DNA of 64,000 bases from a virus (IMGVR_UViG_3300028029_000006:88236-152235), one strand, 5' to 3'. Positions 28,732 to 38,064 are shown, counted from the stretch's first letter. Made by a program: numbers and translations. Notes: generated from the sequence alone by a model not told the origin.

Positions 28732-31662
28732 ATGACAAACAAAAGAGATGTATCTTTACCACATAATCTTTGGAATGACGCACAAAGAGTAGATAAAACG
28801 GATTTTAACTTAGAGCAAGATCGTAATATTGCGACTGATGCTTCTATTGTTCAAAACCATTTTGGTTCTGGCGTTCTTCTTAAAGGGCCTACTCAGAATG
28901 TTGTTTTTGATTCTGATAGTTTAACTTCAAGTCAAGCTTCAATTTTAGCAGCAAATAACTTTGATGGATTAGGTCTAGATGCTCATCAACAACCTAATGA
29001 TTCTAGTTTAGGAAATCAACTAGAAGTAGAATTAACTAATACTGTAGGAGCTGTTGGTCGATTTAGTACCAAAGTTGCTATTATTGGATTAGCTTTTGAT
29101 GGCACTCTTATAGTAGATAGGTTATATTTTTACAAAAATGAAAAACAAGTAACCAGAAATCATTATAAGCAAGTTTTATCTATATTTTTTAATGATTTTA
29201 AAGGGAATAATAATTGTTCACGCAATTTAGGTGGTTCAATTGTTATTAGCGAAGCCGCTTCTTTTCAATTGTCACGTGATTCAATTATGGTTGCGCAAGA
29301 TTTGGAACCTGATATTTTTTGGAGAGACTGGAAGGTATCTGATCCGGCATTAACTTTATTTACCACTATTCAAAATGGAATTGGTTCTAGTTATAGTGTT
29401 GACTCTTTAAATATCACAACAACTCCGAGGAATCTTAGGTTTTTGGAAGCGAATGATGTTGTTAAAAGATTAGGTCAAAAATTTCAAGCGCAAACTGATA
29501 ACATTCAAAAAATTACATTCTTAATGGGGGCTTCTTTAGATGGATATGTAGAAGCAACTCAATTTGATTGGTTAGGCGATATTGTTATTAGTGTATATTC
29601 ATTACAAACTACTACCAATTGCCCAACTGATATTGTTCCAGGTTTAGCTATTGAATTTGATCCTTCCAATGAACCTATTGCTCAATTAAGTTTTGATCAA
29701 GCATCTTTGGAAGCTCTTGGTTATGTATTAACTGATGTGGCGCAACCAATTGATTTTGTTTTTAATTCTACCAAGTTAAGTTCTGGTACTACTAGTACAG
29801 TTGTTTCGGATCGTTTTTATGCTGTTACAATTGGAAGGTCTGGTGCTTCCACATCTGGAACATTATTTTTAGAAATTGGTGCAGATAGGGTTGAAAACTC
29901 TAGACTAACTGTTTTCAGTGGTGTTTGGACAGATGTAGTTGAAGAAGATTTATGGTTTCAGGTTTGGTCAGATGCAGCTAAGATTGCTGATGGTCAAGGG
30001 TATGATAATGGCATTGGTATGCAGTTTAATAAAACCGCAACTGATCCTAATACTGGTGGAACAATTGATAATCAGATTAATTCAAAATCATTTACTGATA
30101 CTGGAGAAAGTGTATTAAATATTGGTGTGCTACAAGCTAGTGAAGATAAAACTGTTACTGAACAGGATGAGAGAACTGGTAATGATGTTTTTTCTAGAAA
30201 AGAGTTTGCCCCTGAGTTTAATTTTCTTAGTGAGAGTGGTTTAGCTAGTTTACGTACTAATACAGATCCAATTGTAATTGGTTGTGCAGAGGATTTGAAC
30301 CCTAAGCAAAATGTTAATTTAACTAAAACTCAAACATTTCCAGGTTTAGCTAAAGGCGACAAATTTAATGTTATTAATCCTGATCCTGATTTGTTATCAT
30401 TAAATTTAGTTGGTAGTAAATTAATTCCTAACGTTATTTGTTCTCAAGAAGACTTTTTAATTGTTAAAGTTGAATTATGTACAGATGGTTATGGAGATGT
30501 TAATGGTGACGGGATTATTGATTTAGCTGATGTTGCTAGGGCTTCTGAGTTAATTGGTGAAAGTTTAGATTTAGATTCTACTCAGCAAAAGATAGTTGAT
30601 GGATATTTTTCAACCTTAGAGGTTATTAGAGCGGATGTTGATGGAGATGGTTATGTTACATCTAGTGATGTAAGTTTGATCACTCAATTTGTTAACAAGG
30701 AGATATCATCATTTGAGGTTGGAGCAACTTTTCAACATTTATGTATCACTGTACAAAACACAGTTGGTCGTTATGATGGATATTGGGATTGTGATGGTTA
30801 TGTTAGAATTGATGGGTACAGTGGCACAACCATTGTAGATCCTGATGATTTAAGTGTTTCGCAAATTAAGTATCTTGGTAATTTTGTGGATCCAATGATT
30901 GATGCGGATGTTACGTTTTCCACAGTGCCATTTGCGGGGGTTACATATCAAATAATTTCTCAACCATTTTGGCAACCTCAATTTGTTGCATTTAATTCTG
31001 GTGCAAAAGTTGTTCCATCTTCTTTTTGTAGTTTGACTGGAAGTTTGCCATCTATTGATTGTGAAGCTGATCCTGTGTTGTTTTCTTGTGAAGATAGGAA
31101 CGCTATTACACCAGTTTGTGATCCTGGAGTTAATACATTTTATGTTCCTGGAGATTTAATTATTGATAGAGGGCAGATTAGAAGACCTGATGGAAACTTG
31201 TTTAGACCGGATTTTGAGGTTGGAAGCGTAACATTGCAGTTACCAGATACTCCTTTAGAGGAAGTTTCGTTGAATATTTTTGATAAATTTGTGGCAGATC
31301 GTGGAGATGGCTTGACACGAGCTTTGTTTCCTGCTATGAAGTATGCAGATTGTTCTACGGTTCAAGATGAGGACTTGAGTTTGAATAAAATTAGGTTCTC
31401 TGTGTCGATTCAGGCTTTCGTTCCCAACTTAGATGGTTATAGTGAAGAGGATGGGTATGGTATAGTTTGTGATGAAATAATAGGTATTTTTGTTGACCCT
31501 ACAACTGGTATTTTAAAATTATCTGTTAAAGATTTGTTTGTAGATCAAGTATTTAAAACATTAGTTACTAAAATTCATATAGATGTATATTTGAAAAAAT
31601 CTGGTTGGGTTAATACTCCAATAGATGTTACTCCAGAGCAATTTCCTGGGCTGTTATCTTAA
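28732..31662 (+). CDS. Baseplate/fibre-associated structural protein with a dockerin-like Ca-binding pair
   Basis: N-terminal WNDAQRVDKTDFNLEQ, as in baseplate-attached proteins. Contains GDVNGDGIIDLADV and ADVDGDGYVTSSDV. Confidence 0.55.
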   Translation: MTNKRDVSLPHNLWNDAQRVDKTDFNLEQDRNIATDASIVQNHFGSGVLLKGPTQNVVFDSDSLTSSQASILAANNFDGLGLDAHQQPNDSSLGNQLEVELTNTVGAVGRFSTKVAIIGLAFDGTLIVDRLYFYKNEKQVTRNHYKQVLSIFFNDFKGNNNCSRNLGGSIVISEAASFQLSRDSIMVAQDLEPDIFWRDWKVSDPALTLFTTIQNGIGSSYSVDSLNITTTPRNLRFLEANDVVKRLGQKFQAQTDNIQKITFLMGASLDGYVEATQFDWLGDIVISVYSLQTTTNCPTDIVPGLAIEFDPSNEPIAQLSFDQASLEALGYVLTDVAQPIDFVFNSTKLSSGTTSTVVSDRFYAVTIGRSGASTSGTLFLEIGADRVENSRLTVFSGVWTDVVEEDLWFQVWSDAAKIADGQGYDNGIGMQFNKTATDPNTGGTIDNQINSKSFTDTGESVLNIGVLQASEDKTVTEQDERTGNDVFSRKEFAPEFNFLSESGLASLRTNTDPIVIGCAEDLNPKQNVNLTKTQTFPGLAKGDKFNVINPDPDLLSLNLVGSKLIPNVICSQEDFLIVKVELCTDGYGDVNGDGIIDLADVARASELIGESLDLDSTQQKIVDGYFSTLEVIRADVDGDGYVTSSDVSLITQFVNKEISSFEVGATFQHLCITVQNTVGRYDGYWDCDGYVRIDGYSGTTIVDPDDLSVSQIKYLGNFVDPMIDADVTFSTVPFAGVTYQIISQPFWQPQFVAFNSGAKVVPSSFCSLTGSLPSIDCEADPVLFSCEDRNAITPVCDPGVNTFYVPGDLIIDRGQIRRPDGNLFRPDFEVGSVTLQLPDTPLEEVSLNIFDKFVADRGDGLTRALFPAMKYADCSTVQDEDLSLNKIRFSVSIQAFVPNLDGYSEEDGYGIVCDEIIGIFVDPTTGILKLSVKDLFVDQVFKTLVTKIHIDVYLKKSGWVNTPIDVTPEQFPGLLS

Positions 31663-32846
31663 TGCCTAAAGCTAAAAGTATTGAGTTTATTAGGGAGCTT
31701 GTCGAAAAAAAGGATGGTTATCTTTTAAGCGATTTTTATCAAAATTGTAACACCCCATTAAAGATTAAATGTAAAAACAATCATATATGGGTTACTAAAT
31801 ATAATAGTTTGAGGAAAGGTTGTTGGTGTATAATATGTGTAAGAAGAATAACAATTGGTCATGCTCAAAAAATAGCTTTAAAGCGTGGAGGAAAGTGTTT
31901 ATCTAAAGCTTTTAAAGGCAGTTATACTAAACTTGAGTGGGAGTGTAAATATGGTCATATTTGGAAAGCTCTTTATAAAGATGTTAAATCTAAAAGTAGT
32001 TGGTGCCCCTCTTGTTCAACTGGTTTATATGAAAGGTTATGTAGACAATTTTTAGAACAGGTTTTTAATAAAAAATTTCCTACTAAAAGACCTGGTTGGC
32101 TTTTAAATTCTAGAAATAACAGAATGGAATTAGATGGTTATTGTGAAGAATTAGGTTTAGCTTTTGAACATAATGGAAAGTATCATTATGAAGATATTCC
32201 GTTTTTCACTACAAAGTTATCATTTGAAGGTAGAAAAAAAGATGATTTGATGAAAATTTCTCTGTGTAAAGATAAAGGTGTTAAATTAATTATAATACCT
32301 GAGTTATATACAATTCTTCCAATAAAAAAGTTAAAAAATCATTTAAGGAATGAATTTATTAAACTTAATATTGATATACCAAGTAAATTTGATGAGGTTG
32401 ATGTAAATAAAATAAATTTAAACTCTTCTAAAATTGATGAGTTGAAAAAAATAGCTATTGATAAGGGTGGAGAATTAATTTCTAAGGTGTATTTAGGAGC
32501 AAATTATCATTTAACTTGGTCTTGTAATGAAGGCCATCATTGGAAAGCAACTCCTGCTATGGTTAAATTTCAAACTTGGTGCCCTCAATGTTATGAGAAT
32601 AGAAGAGGTGACACTTTAAAAAAACATTCTATTAACACTTTTAGAAAATTAGCTTTACAAAAAGGTGGCAAGTGCTTATCTTTAGATGAAGACTATGATA
32701 AGTTAAACAACAGTAGATTAAAATTTGTTTGTAATAAAGGTCATGAGTGGTTGATGTTAGTAAGTACTATTTTGTATAAAAAATCTTGGTGTCCTAAATG
32801 TGCCAAAATCCAAAAAAAAAGAAGCAAATTAGATGATTATTATTAG
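31662..32846 (+). mobile_element. Zinc-ribbon-repeat endonuclease (PD-(D/E)XK/Vsr-like), 2 + 2 repeats
   Basis: Repeats GGxCLS...WxCxxGHxW...WCPxC flank the core MELDGYCEELGLAFEHNGKYH. Confidence 0.75.
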
Positions 32847-33153
32847 CGAAGCAACAATTAAAATTTTCATTCGTTTACAATTAGCTTCACAGGTTAAGAG
32901 GGATGTTTGTATTGAGAAGGTGTTAGGTCTTTGTGGAGATTTATTTTCTTCTTTGGAAATTGAAGATTGGACTAATGAAATTTACGCTGGTGGCATTAAG
33001 GTTAATGAGAAGGTTATAGATAAACTGATGTTAATGCTTGAAGAGTTTGTATCTTTGGAGTATTATGATTTGAATATTGATGACGATGATTTGGATGAAG
33101 CTGATAGGTTGAAGATTGAAATTATTGAATCGATTGGTTTATTGGAAGATTAA
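32833..33153 (+). CDS. Hypothetical acidic protein
   Basis: ORF overlaps the upstream stop. No family recognised. Confidence 0.5.
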   Translation: MIIISEATIKIFIRLQLASQVKRDVCIEKVLGLCGDLFSSLEIEDWTNEIYAGGIKVNEKVIDKLMLMLEEFVSLEYYDLNIDDDDLDEADRLKIEIIESIGLLED

Positions 33154-33158
33154 GTAAG

Positions 33159-33842
33159 ATGAAAGAATTAATTAAAGAAATAGTTAAAGAATATAGTTTA
33201 TCATTAAAATTTTATAAAGATAAGTTAACTAAGAAATCTAAAAAAGAATTTGTAGATAATGTATGTTGGAAAGAAACGTCTAGAGACCAAATATTGTCAG
33301 AAGATTTTATTAGAGAGTTTAAGGATGAAGTAATTTGGATTGATATATCTTATAATCAAAAATTATCAGAAGATTTTATTAGAGAATTTCAAGATAAAGT
33401 GAGTTGGGGTTGTATTTCTAGCTCTCAAGATTTATCTGAAGACTTTATTAGAGAATTTAAAGATGAAATATCTTTTCTAGAGGTATCTAGAAATAAAATT
33501 CTATCAGAAGATTTTATTAGAGAATTTAAAAACCGCGTAGATTGGATACAAATATCTGCTTACAACATATTATCGGAAGAGTTCATTAGGGAGTTTCAAG
33601 ATAAAGTGAGCTGGAGATGTATTTCTGCTGCCCAAAAACTATCAGAAGAATTTATTAGAGAATTTAAAAATGATGTTAAGTGGTATTCTATATCTATACA
33701 TCAAGAATTGTCAGAAGAATTCAGGAAAGAATTTAATCTTGCTCCTAAAGAAGAAATCATTAAAAACGTAACTTTATTATTAAAAAAAGATGCCGACAGG
33801 CTTAGAGCTAAAATAGCAAAGAATAATAAGAATTGGATTTAA
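33159..33842 (+). CDS. Tryptophan-repeat (23-aa) protein 1
   Basis: About 7 copies of W-x8-LSEDFIREFKD-x-V. Confidence 0.8.
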   Translation: MKELIKEIVKEYSLSLKFYKDKLTKKSKKEFVDNVCWKETSRDQILSEDFIREFKDEVIWIDISYNQKLSEDFIREFQDKVSWGCISSSQDLSEDFIREFKDEISFLEVSRNKILSEDFIREFKNRVDWIQISAYNILSEEFIREFQDKVSWRCISAAQKLSEEFIREFKNDVKWYSISIHQELSEEFRKEFNLAPKEEIIKNVTLLLKKDADRLRAKIAKNNKNWI

Positions 33843-33844
33843 AA

Positions 33845-34453
33845 ATGAAAGAAGATTTATCACATAAGCAGTGGATGAGAATGTCTGCACGGGAAGATTT
33901 AACCGAAGGTTTTATCAGGAAACATAAAAACAAAGTATGTTGGGGAAATATATTTAGACACCAAACGTTATCTGAAGATTTCATTATAGAATTTCAAGAT
34001 AAAGTAAGTTGGAGTGATATTACTTATCATAGAAAATTGTCAGAAGAGTTTATTAGAAAATTCAAAGATAAAGTAGATTGGCATACTGTGTCTTTTAAAC
34101 AAAACTTATCAGAAGATTTTATTAGAGAATTTAAAGATAAAGTAGATTGGCATACTGTGTCTAGATATCAAAAAATGTCTGAAGATTTCATCCGAGAATT
34201 TAAAAATGAAGTAGATTGGAAAGAAATTTTATCTTCACGAAAATTATCATTAAAATTTCTAATAGAGTTTCAGGATAAAATAAATTGGTTTTATGTTCGC
34301 GGAGATTTTAAAAGTTTAAATGAAGATTTTGTAAGGGAATTTCAGGACAAAATTAATTGGAGTCTTTTATTTATGAGTTCTTTGGGTTATCTATCTGAAA
34401 CTTATAATTTATCAGAAGGCTTTATAAAGGAATTTAAAGATAGGTTGGGTTGA
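33845..34453 (+). CDS. Tryptophan-repeat (23-aa) protein 2
   Basis: About 8 copies of the same unit. A 30-bp exact duplication starts at 34064 and 34133. Confidence 0.8.
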   Translation: MKEDLSHKQWMRMSAREDLTEGFIRKHKNKVCWGNIFRHQTLSEDFIIEFQDKVSWSDITYHRKLSEEFIRKFKDKVDWHTVSFKQNLSEDFIREFKDKVDWHTVSRYQKMSEDFIREFKNEVDWKEILSSRKLSLKFLIEFQDKINWFYVRGDFKSLNEDFVREFQDKINWSLLFMSSLGYLSETYNLSEGFIKEFKDRLG

Positions 34454-34824
34454 GTTATATAAATCTCGAAAATGTTTTTTTTATTTTTCCATTATTCTTC
34501 TTTATACTGGTAATGTATATATATATATACAAACTGTTAAAATTAGCTAATACATTTTATAAATTATCAACCACCCAAAATTGGTACCATGGCAGTCCAA
34601 CTTTGGGTTTTACTTCAGCGTCAGAGATTAAAGGTAATTTATTTTTTATCACTGAATCTTTTCAAATAGCGAAAGAATACGCAACTCATGCTATGTTATA
34701 TGGAGCACAAAAAATTACGAATGATGATCCTGTCATACCAACCGTTTATACTATAGGATTATCTTTTCCTTTATCTGTTGATTTTTATGAAGAATTTAAA
34801 CATAAAAGAGACGAGGCATTATGA
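34450..34824 (+). CDS. Hypothetical protein, weak ADP-ribosyltransferase-fold-like motif
   Basis: WYHGS...GNLFFITESFQIAKEYA. The true start may be ATG 34513. Confidence 0.3.
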   Translation: MSYINLENVFFIFPLFFFILVMYIYIYKLLKLANTFYKLSTTQNWYHGSPTLGFTSASEIKGNLFFITESFQIAKEYATHAMLYGAQKITNDDPVIPTVYTIGLSFPLSVDFYEEFKHKRDEAL

Positions 34825-35888
34825 GTTTATTAGCATTTGTTGAATATGTATGGGTTGATAATACAGATCCAGTTAAAAAATTACGTTCAAAAGCCAGAAT
34901 GATGGAGGTTGGACATGAGGAATTTGAGTGGTCTCTTCTTGAAGAAGATTGGAATTTTGATGGATCAAGCACCAATCAAGGCACATCTGATAATTCAGAA
35001 AGAATTCTTAAACCAGTTCGAATTTATTCAGATCCTTTTAGAGGTGGTCATAATAAGATTGTGCTTTGCGAAGTAATGATGCCTGATGGCAAACCTCATG
35101 AAAGCAATACGAGATCTCAACTAAGAAAAAGATTTGAAGAAAACAAAGAGCTGAAAACTTGGTGGGGATTTGAACAAGAATATTGTTTAATGAAAGATGG
35201 TAATATTCTAGGTTGGCCAACAAATGGAAACCCCGATCCACAAGGCCCATATTACTGCGGCGTAGGCTCGAATGAGGTGGTGGGTAGAGAAGTGGTTGAA
35301 GAGCACGCACAAGCCTGCCTGGACACAGGAATCATGCTTTACGGAATCAATGCTGAGGTAATGCTTGGTCAATGGGAATTTCAGGTTGGTCATAGAGGTT
35401 TTTCAACTGATGAAGAAGCTGATCCTCTTAAAGTTAGTGATGATCTTTGGATGGCTAGATATTTATTGTATAGAGTTGGGGAGAAATATAAAATTTGGGC
35501 AACCTTAGATCCTAAACCTAAGAAAGGTAACTGGAATGGCTCAGGTATGCATACTAATTTTAGTGATTGCCGTATGCGTGACGAAAAATATGGTAAAACT
35601 CGTATTAAAGATGTTTTAGCTCATTTTAAAGATACTCATTCAGAACATCAAAAATGTTATGGGCATAATAACAGTGAAAGATTAACTGGAGAACATGAGA
35701 CTTCCCCTTTTGATAGTTTTAGTTATGGAGTCGCTAACCGTGGATCATCTATTAGGATGCCAAATATCACCAAAGAAAAAGGTTATGGGTATTTAGAAGA
35801 TAGACGTCCCGCAGCTAATGCTGATCCTTATGAGGTTATTGATAGAATTTTAAAGACTCTTGTTGAAACTAGGACGGTTATATTATGA
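34821..35888 (+). CDS. glnII: Glutamine synthetase, type II
   Basis: EYVWVD, LRSKAR, WNFDGSST, GFEQEY, GPYYCGVG, GINAEVMLGQWEFQVG, WNGSGMHTNFS, RLTGEHETS, NRGSSIR, GYLEDRRPAANADPY. Confidence 0.92.
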   Translation: MSLLAFVEYVWVDNTDPVKKLRSKARMMEVGHEEFEWSLLEEDWNFDGSSTNQGTSDNSERILKPVRIYSDPFRGGHNKIVLCEVMMPDGKPHESNTRSQLRKRFEENKELKTWWGFEQEYCLMKDGNILGWPTNGNPDPQGPYYCGVGSNEVVGREVVEEHAQACLDTGIMLYGINAEVMLGQWEFQVGHRGFSTDEEADPLKVSDDLWMARYLLYRVGEKYKIWATLDPKPKKGNWNGSGMHTNFSDCRMRDEKYGKTRIKDVLAHFKDTHSEHQKCYGHNNSERLTGEHETSPFDSFSYGVANRGSSIRMPNITKEKGYGYLEDRRPAANADPYEVIDRILKTLVETRTVIL

Positions 35889-36106
35889 AATATCAGGTTA
35901 AAAAGTATCAAAGTTTTCCTGGTGGAACTGTTCATTGTGTAAAAAGCTATGGTTCAAGACTGACCAACTCAGCATCCGAAGCTTGGTTTGAAGAAATTTG
36001 TCATAGAGAAAATTATAAACTAGTTTTAAAACTTGGTTGGTTTATTAAAGATTATCAATGGTTTATTGATGGAGAAGAATTTAATGAAAAAATGAAAGGT
36101 AAGTGA
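35885..36106 (+). CDS. Hypothetical protein
   Basis: ATGA overlap with the GS stop. Confidence 0.45.
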   Translation: MKYQVKKYQSFPGGTVHCVKSYGSRLTNSASEAWFEEICHRENYKLVLKLGWFIKDYQWFIDGEEFNEKMKGK

Positions 36107-36110
36107 TATT

Positions 36111-36596
36111 ATGGCAATAGATGATGCATTTGATGTAAAACTGCAACCGAAGGTAATAAGGTGGAAACTTGATAAAGTTAATTGTAACTATTTTTGGAAT
36201 GATTTATGTGATTTTTTATCTGATGATAATGAGCCACCTCCAGTAGTTGAATTATCGATAGAGCAACTTTACTCTTTGGAGTTACCTACATGTGGCTGTG
36301 GTGATTTATTTATGTCAATGGCATGTTTTGTTTGGGCTCTTCATGGTTGCCAAGCAGGTAATTTATATAGATTATCGGAAATGCTTAATGATTGTCATGT
36401 CCACCTTCTTTTAATGGTATTAGAGGATGCTGGTCTTATTATGCATAGTTATAGTACTTATGATGCTAGTTTAACATTAGCGGGTCGTTCTGCTCTTTAC
36501 GCTTTTCATAAATATGGTTTTTCTCCTAAGGTTTTTGATAAAGTTAGCTGTGATGAAACATGGCCATTTGATGAACATGGCGATTTAATAATGTAA
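36111..36596 (+). CDS. Hypothetical phage protein, possible winged-helix C-terminus
   Basis: LMVLEDAGLIMHS...ASLTLAGR pattern. Confidence 0.45.
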   Translation: MAIDDAFDVKLQPKVIRWKLDKVNCNYFWNDLCDFLSDDNEPPPVVELSIEQLYSLELPTCGCGDLFMSMACFVWALHGCQAGNLYRLSEMLNDCHVHLLLMVLEDAGLIMHSYSTYDASLTLAGRSALYAFHKYGFSPKVFDKVSCDETWPFDEHGDLIM

Positions 36597-36613
36597 GTAT
36601 GGTAAAATAATAA

Positions 36614-36940
36614 ATGATTACATTAACAGATAAAGCAAAAGCCAAAATTCTAAGAATAATTGAAGAGGAAGAATTGGAAGATCAACATCTTAGAATCAAT
36701 ATTTTAGGCGGTAAGTGTGCCGGCTTTTCTTTTGATTTGTTTTTTGAAGAAGTAAAACCAACAGATGATGATTTGATATTTAATTTTGATAGCATAAATG
36801 TTGTTATTAACCCATTAGTAGGGTTATATATTGATGGCACCGAGATTGATTATATAAATTCATTATTTGGTGGGGGTTTTAAATTTACTAATACTAAATT
36901 TAGTAGTCAATGTGGATGTGGGAACAGTTTTAGCTTGTAA
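36614..36940 (+). CDS. iscA: Fe-S cluster A-type carrier (IscA/HesB/ErpA family)
   Basis: ITLTDKA, GGKCAGFSF, GGGFKFTN and CGCGNSF, with all three conserved Cys. Confidence 0.9.
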   Translation: MITLTDKAKAKILRIIEEEELEDQHLRINILGGKCAGFSFDLFFEEVKPTDDDLIFNFDSINVVINPLVGLYIDGTEIDYINSLFGGGFKFTNTKFSSQCGCGNSFSL

Positions 36941-36958
36941 TAATATGGTATTAAAATT

Positions 36959-37894
36959 ATGAATAAAAAACTAGCAGTAACGACTCCACAGATTTTATCA
37001 TATTTAGCTGGGTTTGTAGATGGGGATGGTTCCATTACTATAATAGCAAGAAATGATGGAAAAAAGACTGGTTATAGACCAAAATTAACTGTGTATAATT
37101 GTAACCCCAAAATGGTTCAAATTATGAACACTTATTTTGGAGCTGGGTGAGTTAGGGCTAAAAAAACAGGTAAAATTAAACACGATAATTGGCGCCCTGT
37201 TTATGAATGGTGTATTTATAATGATAGAGCTGTTGCTGCCATTAAAAGCATTAATCCATACTTAATAATAAAAAAAAGACAAGCTAGACTTGTATTAAGA
37301 TTTAACAGAATAAATAAGAAGTATAATAGAACTTTAAGACGTTGGCATCCAAAAATTAGCGATAAGTGTTTTATTTTGTTTGGTAAGCTTAAAAGTGAAT
37401 GTAATGCTATTAATTGTAGAGGTATTAAAAAGGCTATTAGGAAAGCCCCAGATTCTGATTATATTAATGAATATGTTGATTCATATTTTGCTGGTTTATT
37501 AGATTCTGATGGGTCTTTTGTTATTTATGGGAAGAATAATATGCCTAAAGTTAATTTATCTTCAAACAATTTGCAAGTAATCCATATTTTTAATGAGTTA
37601 TATGGTGGTAGTTATTATGTTAGAGATCGTAAAAATAAAGGTTGGAATTTATCTTATCAATGTGATATAACTGCAGTTGCCTCTAAAGTTCCACTAAAAA
37701 GAATAACACCATATTTAATTTTAAAAAAAAAGCAAGCTAAATTACTTTGGGGTATAGTTAATGTACGTAAATATTTTCAGTACAACCGCGATCCTATTGC
37801 TAAAGCTAAGAAAAATAAAATATGTGGTATTTTAAAAGAGAAATGTTCATCTTTAAACAAAAAATCAGTACAAAACCAACAGATGATGATTTAG
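36959..37894 (+). pseudogene. Double-motif LAGLIDADG homing endonuclease interrupted by one in-frame TGA (37148-37150)
   Basis: YLAGFVDGDGSI and YFAGLLDSDGSF lie in the same frame. Apart from that single TGA the frame is open from 36959 to 37894. Confidence 0.8.
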
Positions 37895-38058
37895 TATTTA
37901 ATATTGATAGCATCACTGTTGTTATTAATCAATTAGTAGATTTATATGTTGATGGTACTGAAATTGATCATGTCGATTCGTTTCTTGGCGGAGGATTTAA
38001 ATTTACTAACGCTAAGTTTAGTAGCCAATGTGGTTGCATGAAAAGTTTTAGTTTGTGA
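37872..38058 (+). pseudogene. Displaced duplicate of the iscA 3' half
   Basis: Colinear with 36754-36940 (187 bp, 34 mismatches by hand count, about 82% identical, no indels). Encodes KPTDDDL...CGCMKSFSL. Confidence 0.9.
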
Positions 38059-38064
38059 TATTTT

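Noticed and set aside
2-31662. Bacterial eCIS/tailocin rather than phage tail
   Set aside because: The G/GT frameshift, homing endonucleases and phage-type small ORFs favour a phage, and no eCIS AAA+ ATPase or toxin cargo is seen. Capsid genes are outside the window, so this is not formally excluded.
33159-34453. Diversity-generating retroelement or CRISPR array
   Set aside because: The repeats are in-frame coding units of 69 bp. There is no reverse transcriptase, no adenine-specific TR/VR pair, no spacer structure and no cas gene.
34514-34531. Palindrome TGTATATATATATATACA as an operator
   Set aside because: It is a simple (TA)n microsatellite, trivially palindromic.
36959-37894. Genome-wide stop-codon reassignment (TGA read as sense)
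   Set aside because: Only one internal TGA was found. TGA, TAG and TAA all end well-defined genes, and very long ORFs are intact in code 11.
36754-38058. Group I intron or intein in iscA
   Set aside because: The upstream iscA is complete with its own stop, the downstream piece duplicates rather than continues it, and no intron core or intein termini were recognised.
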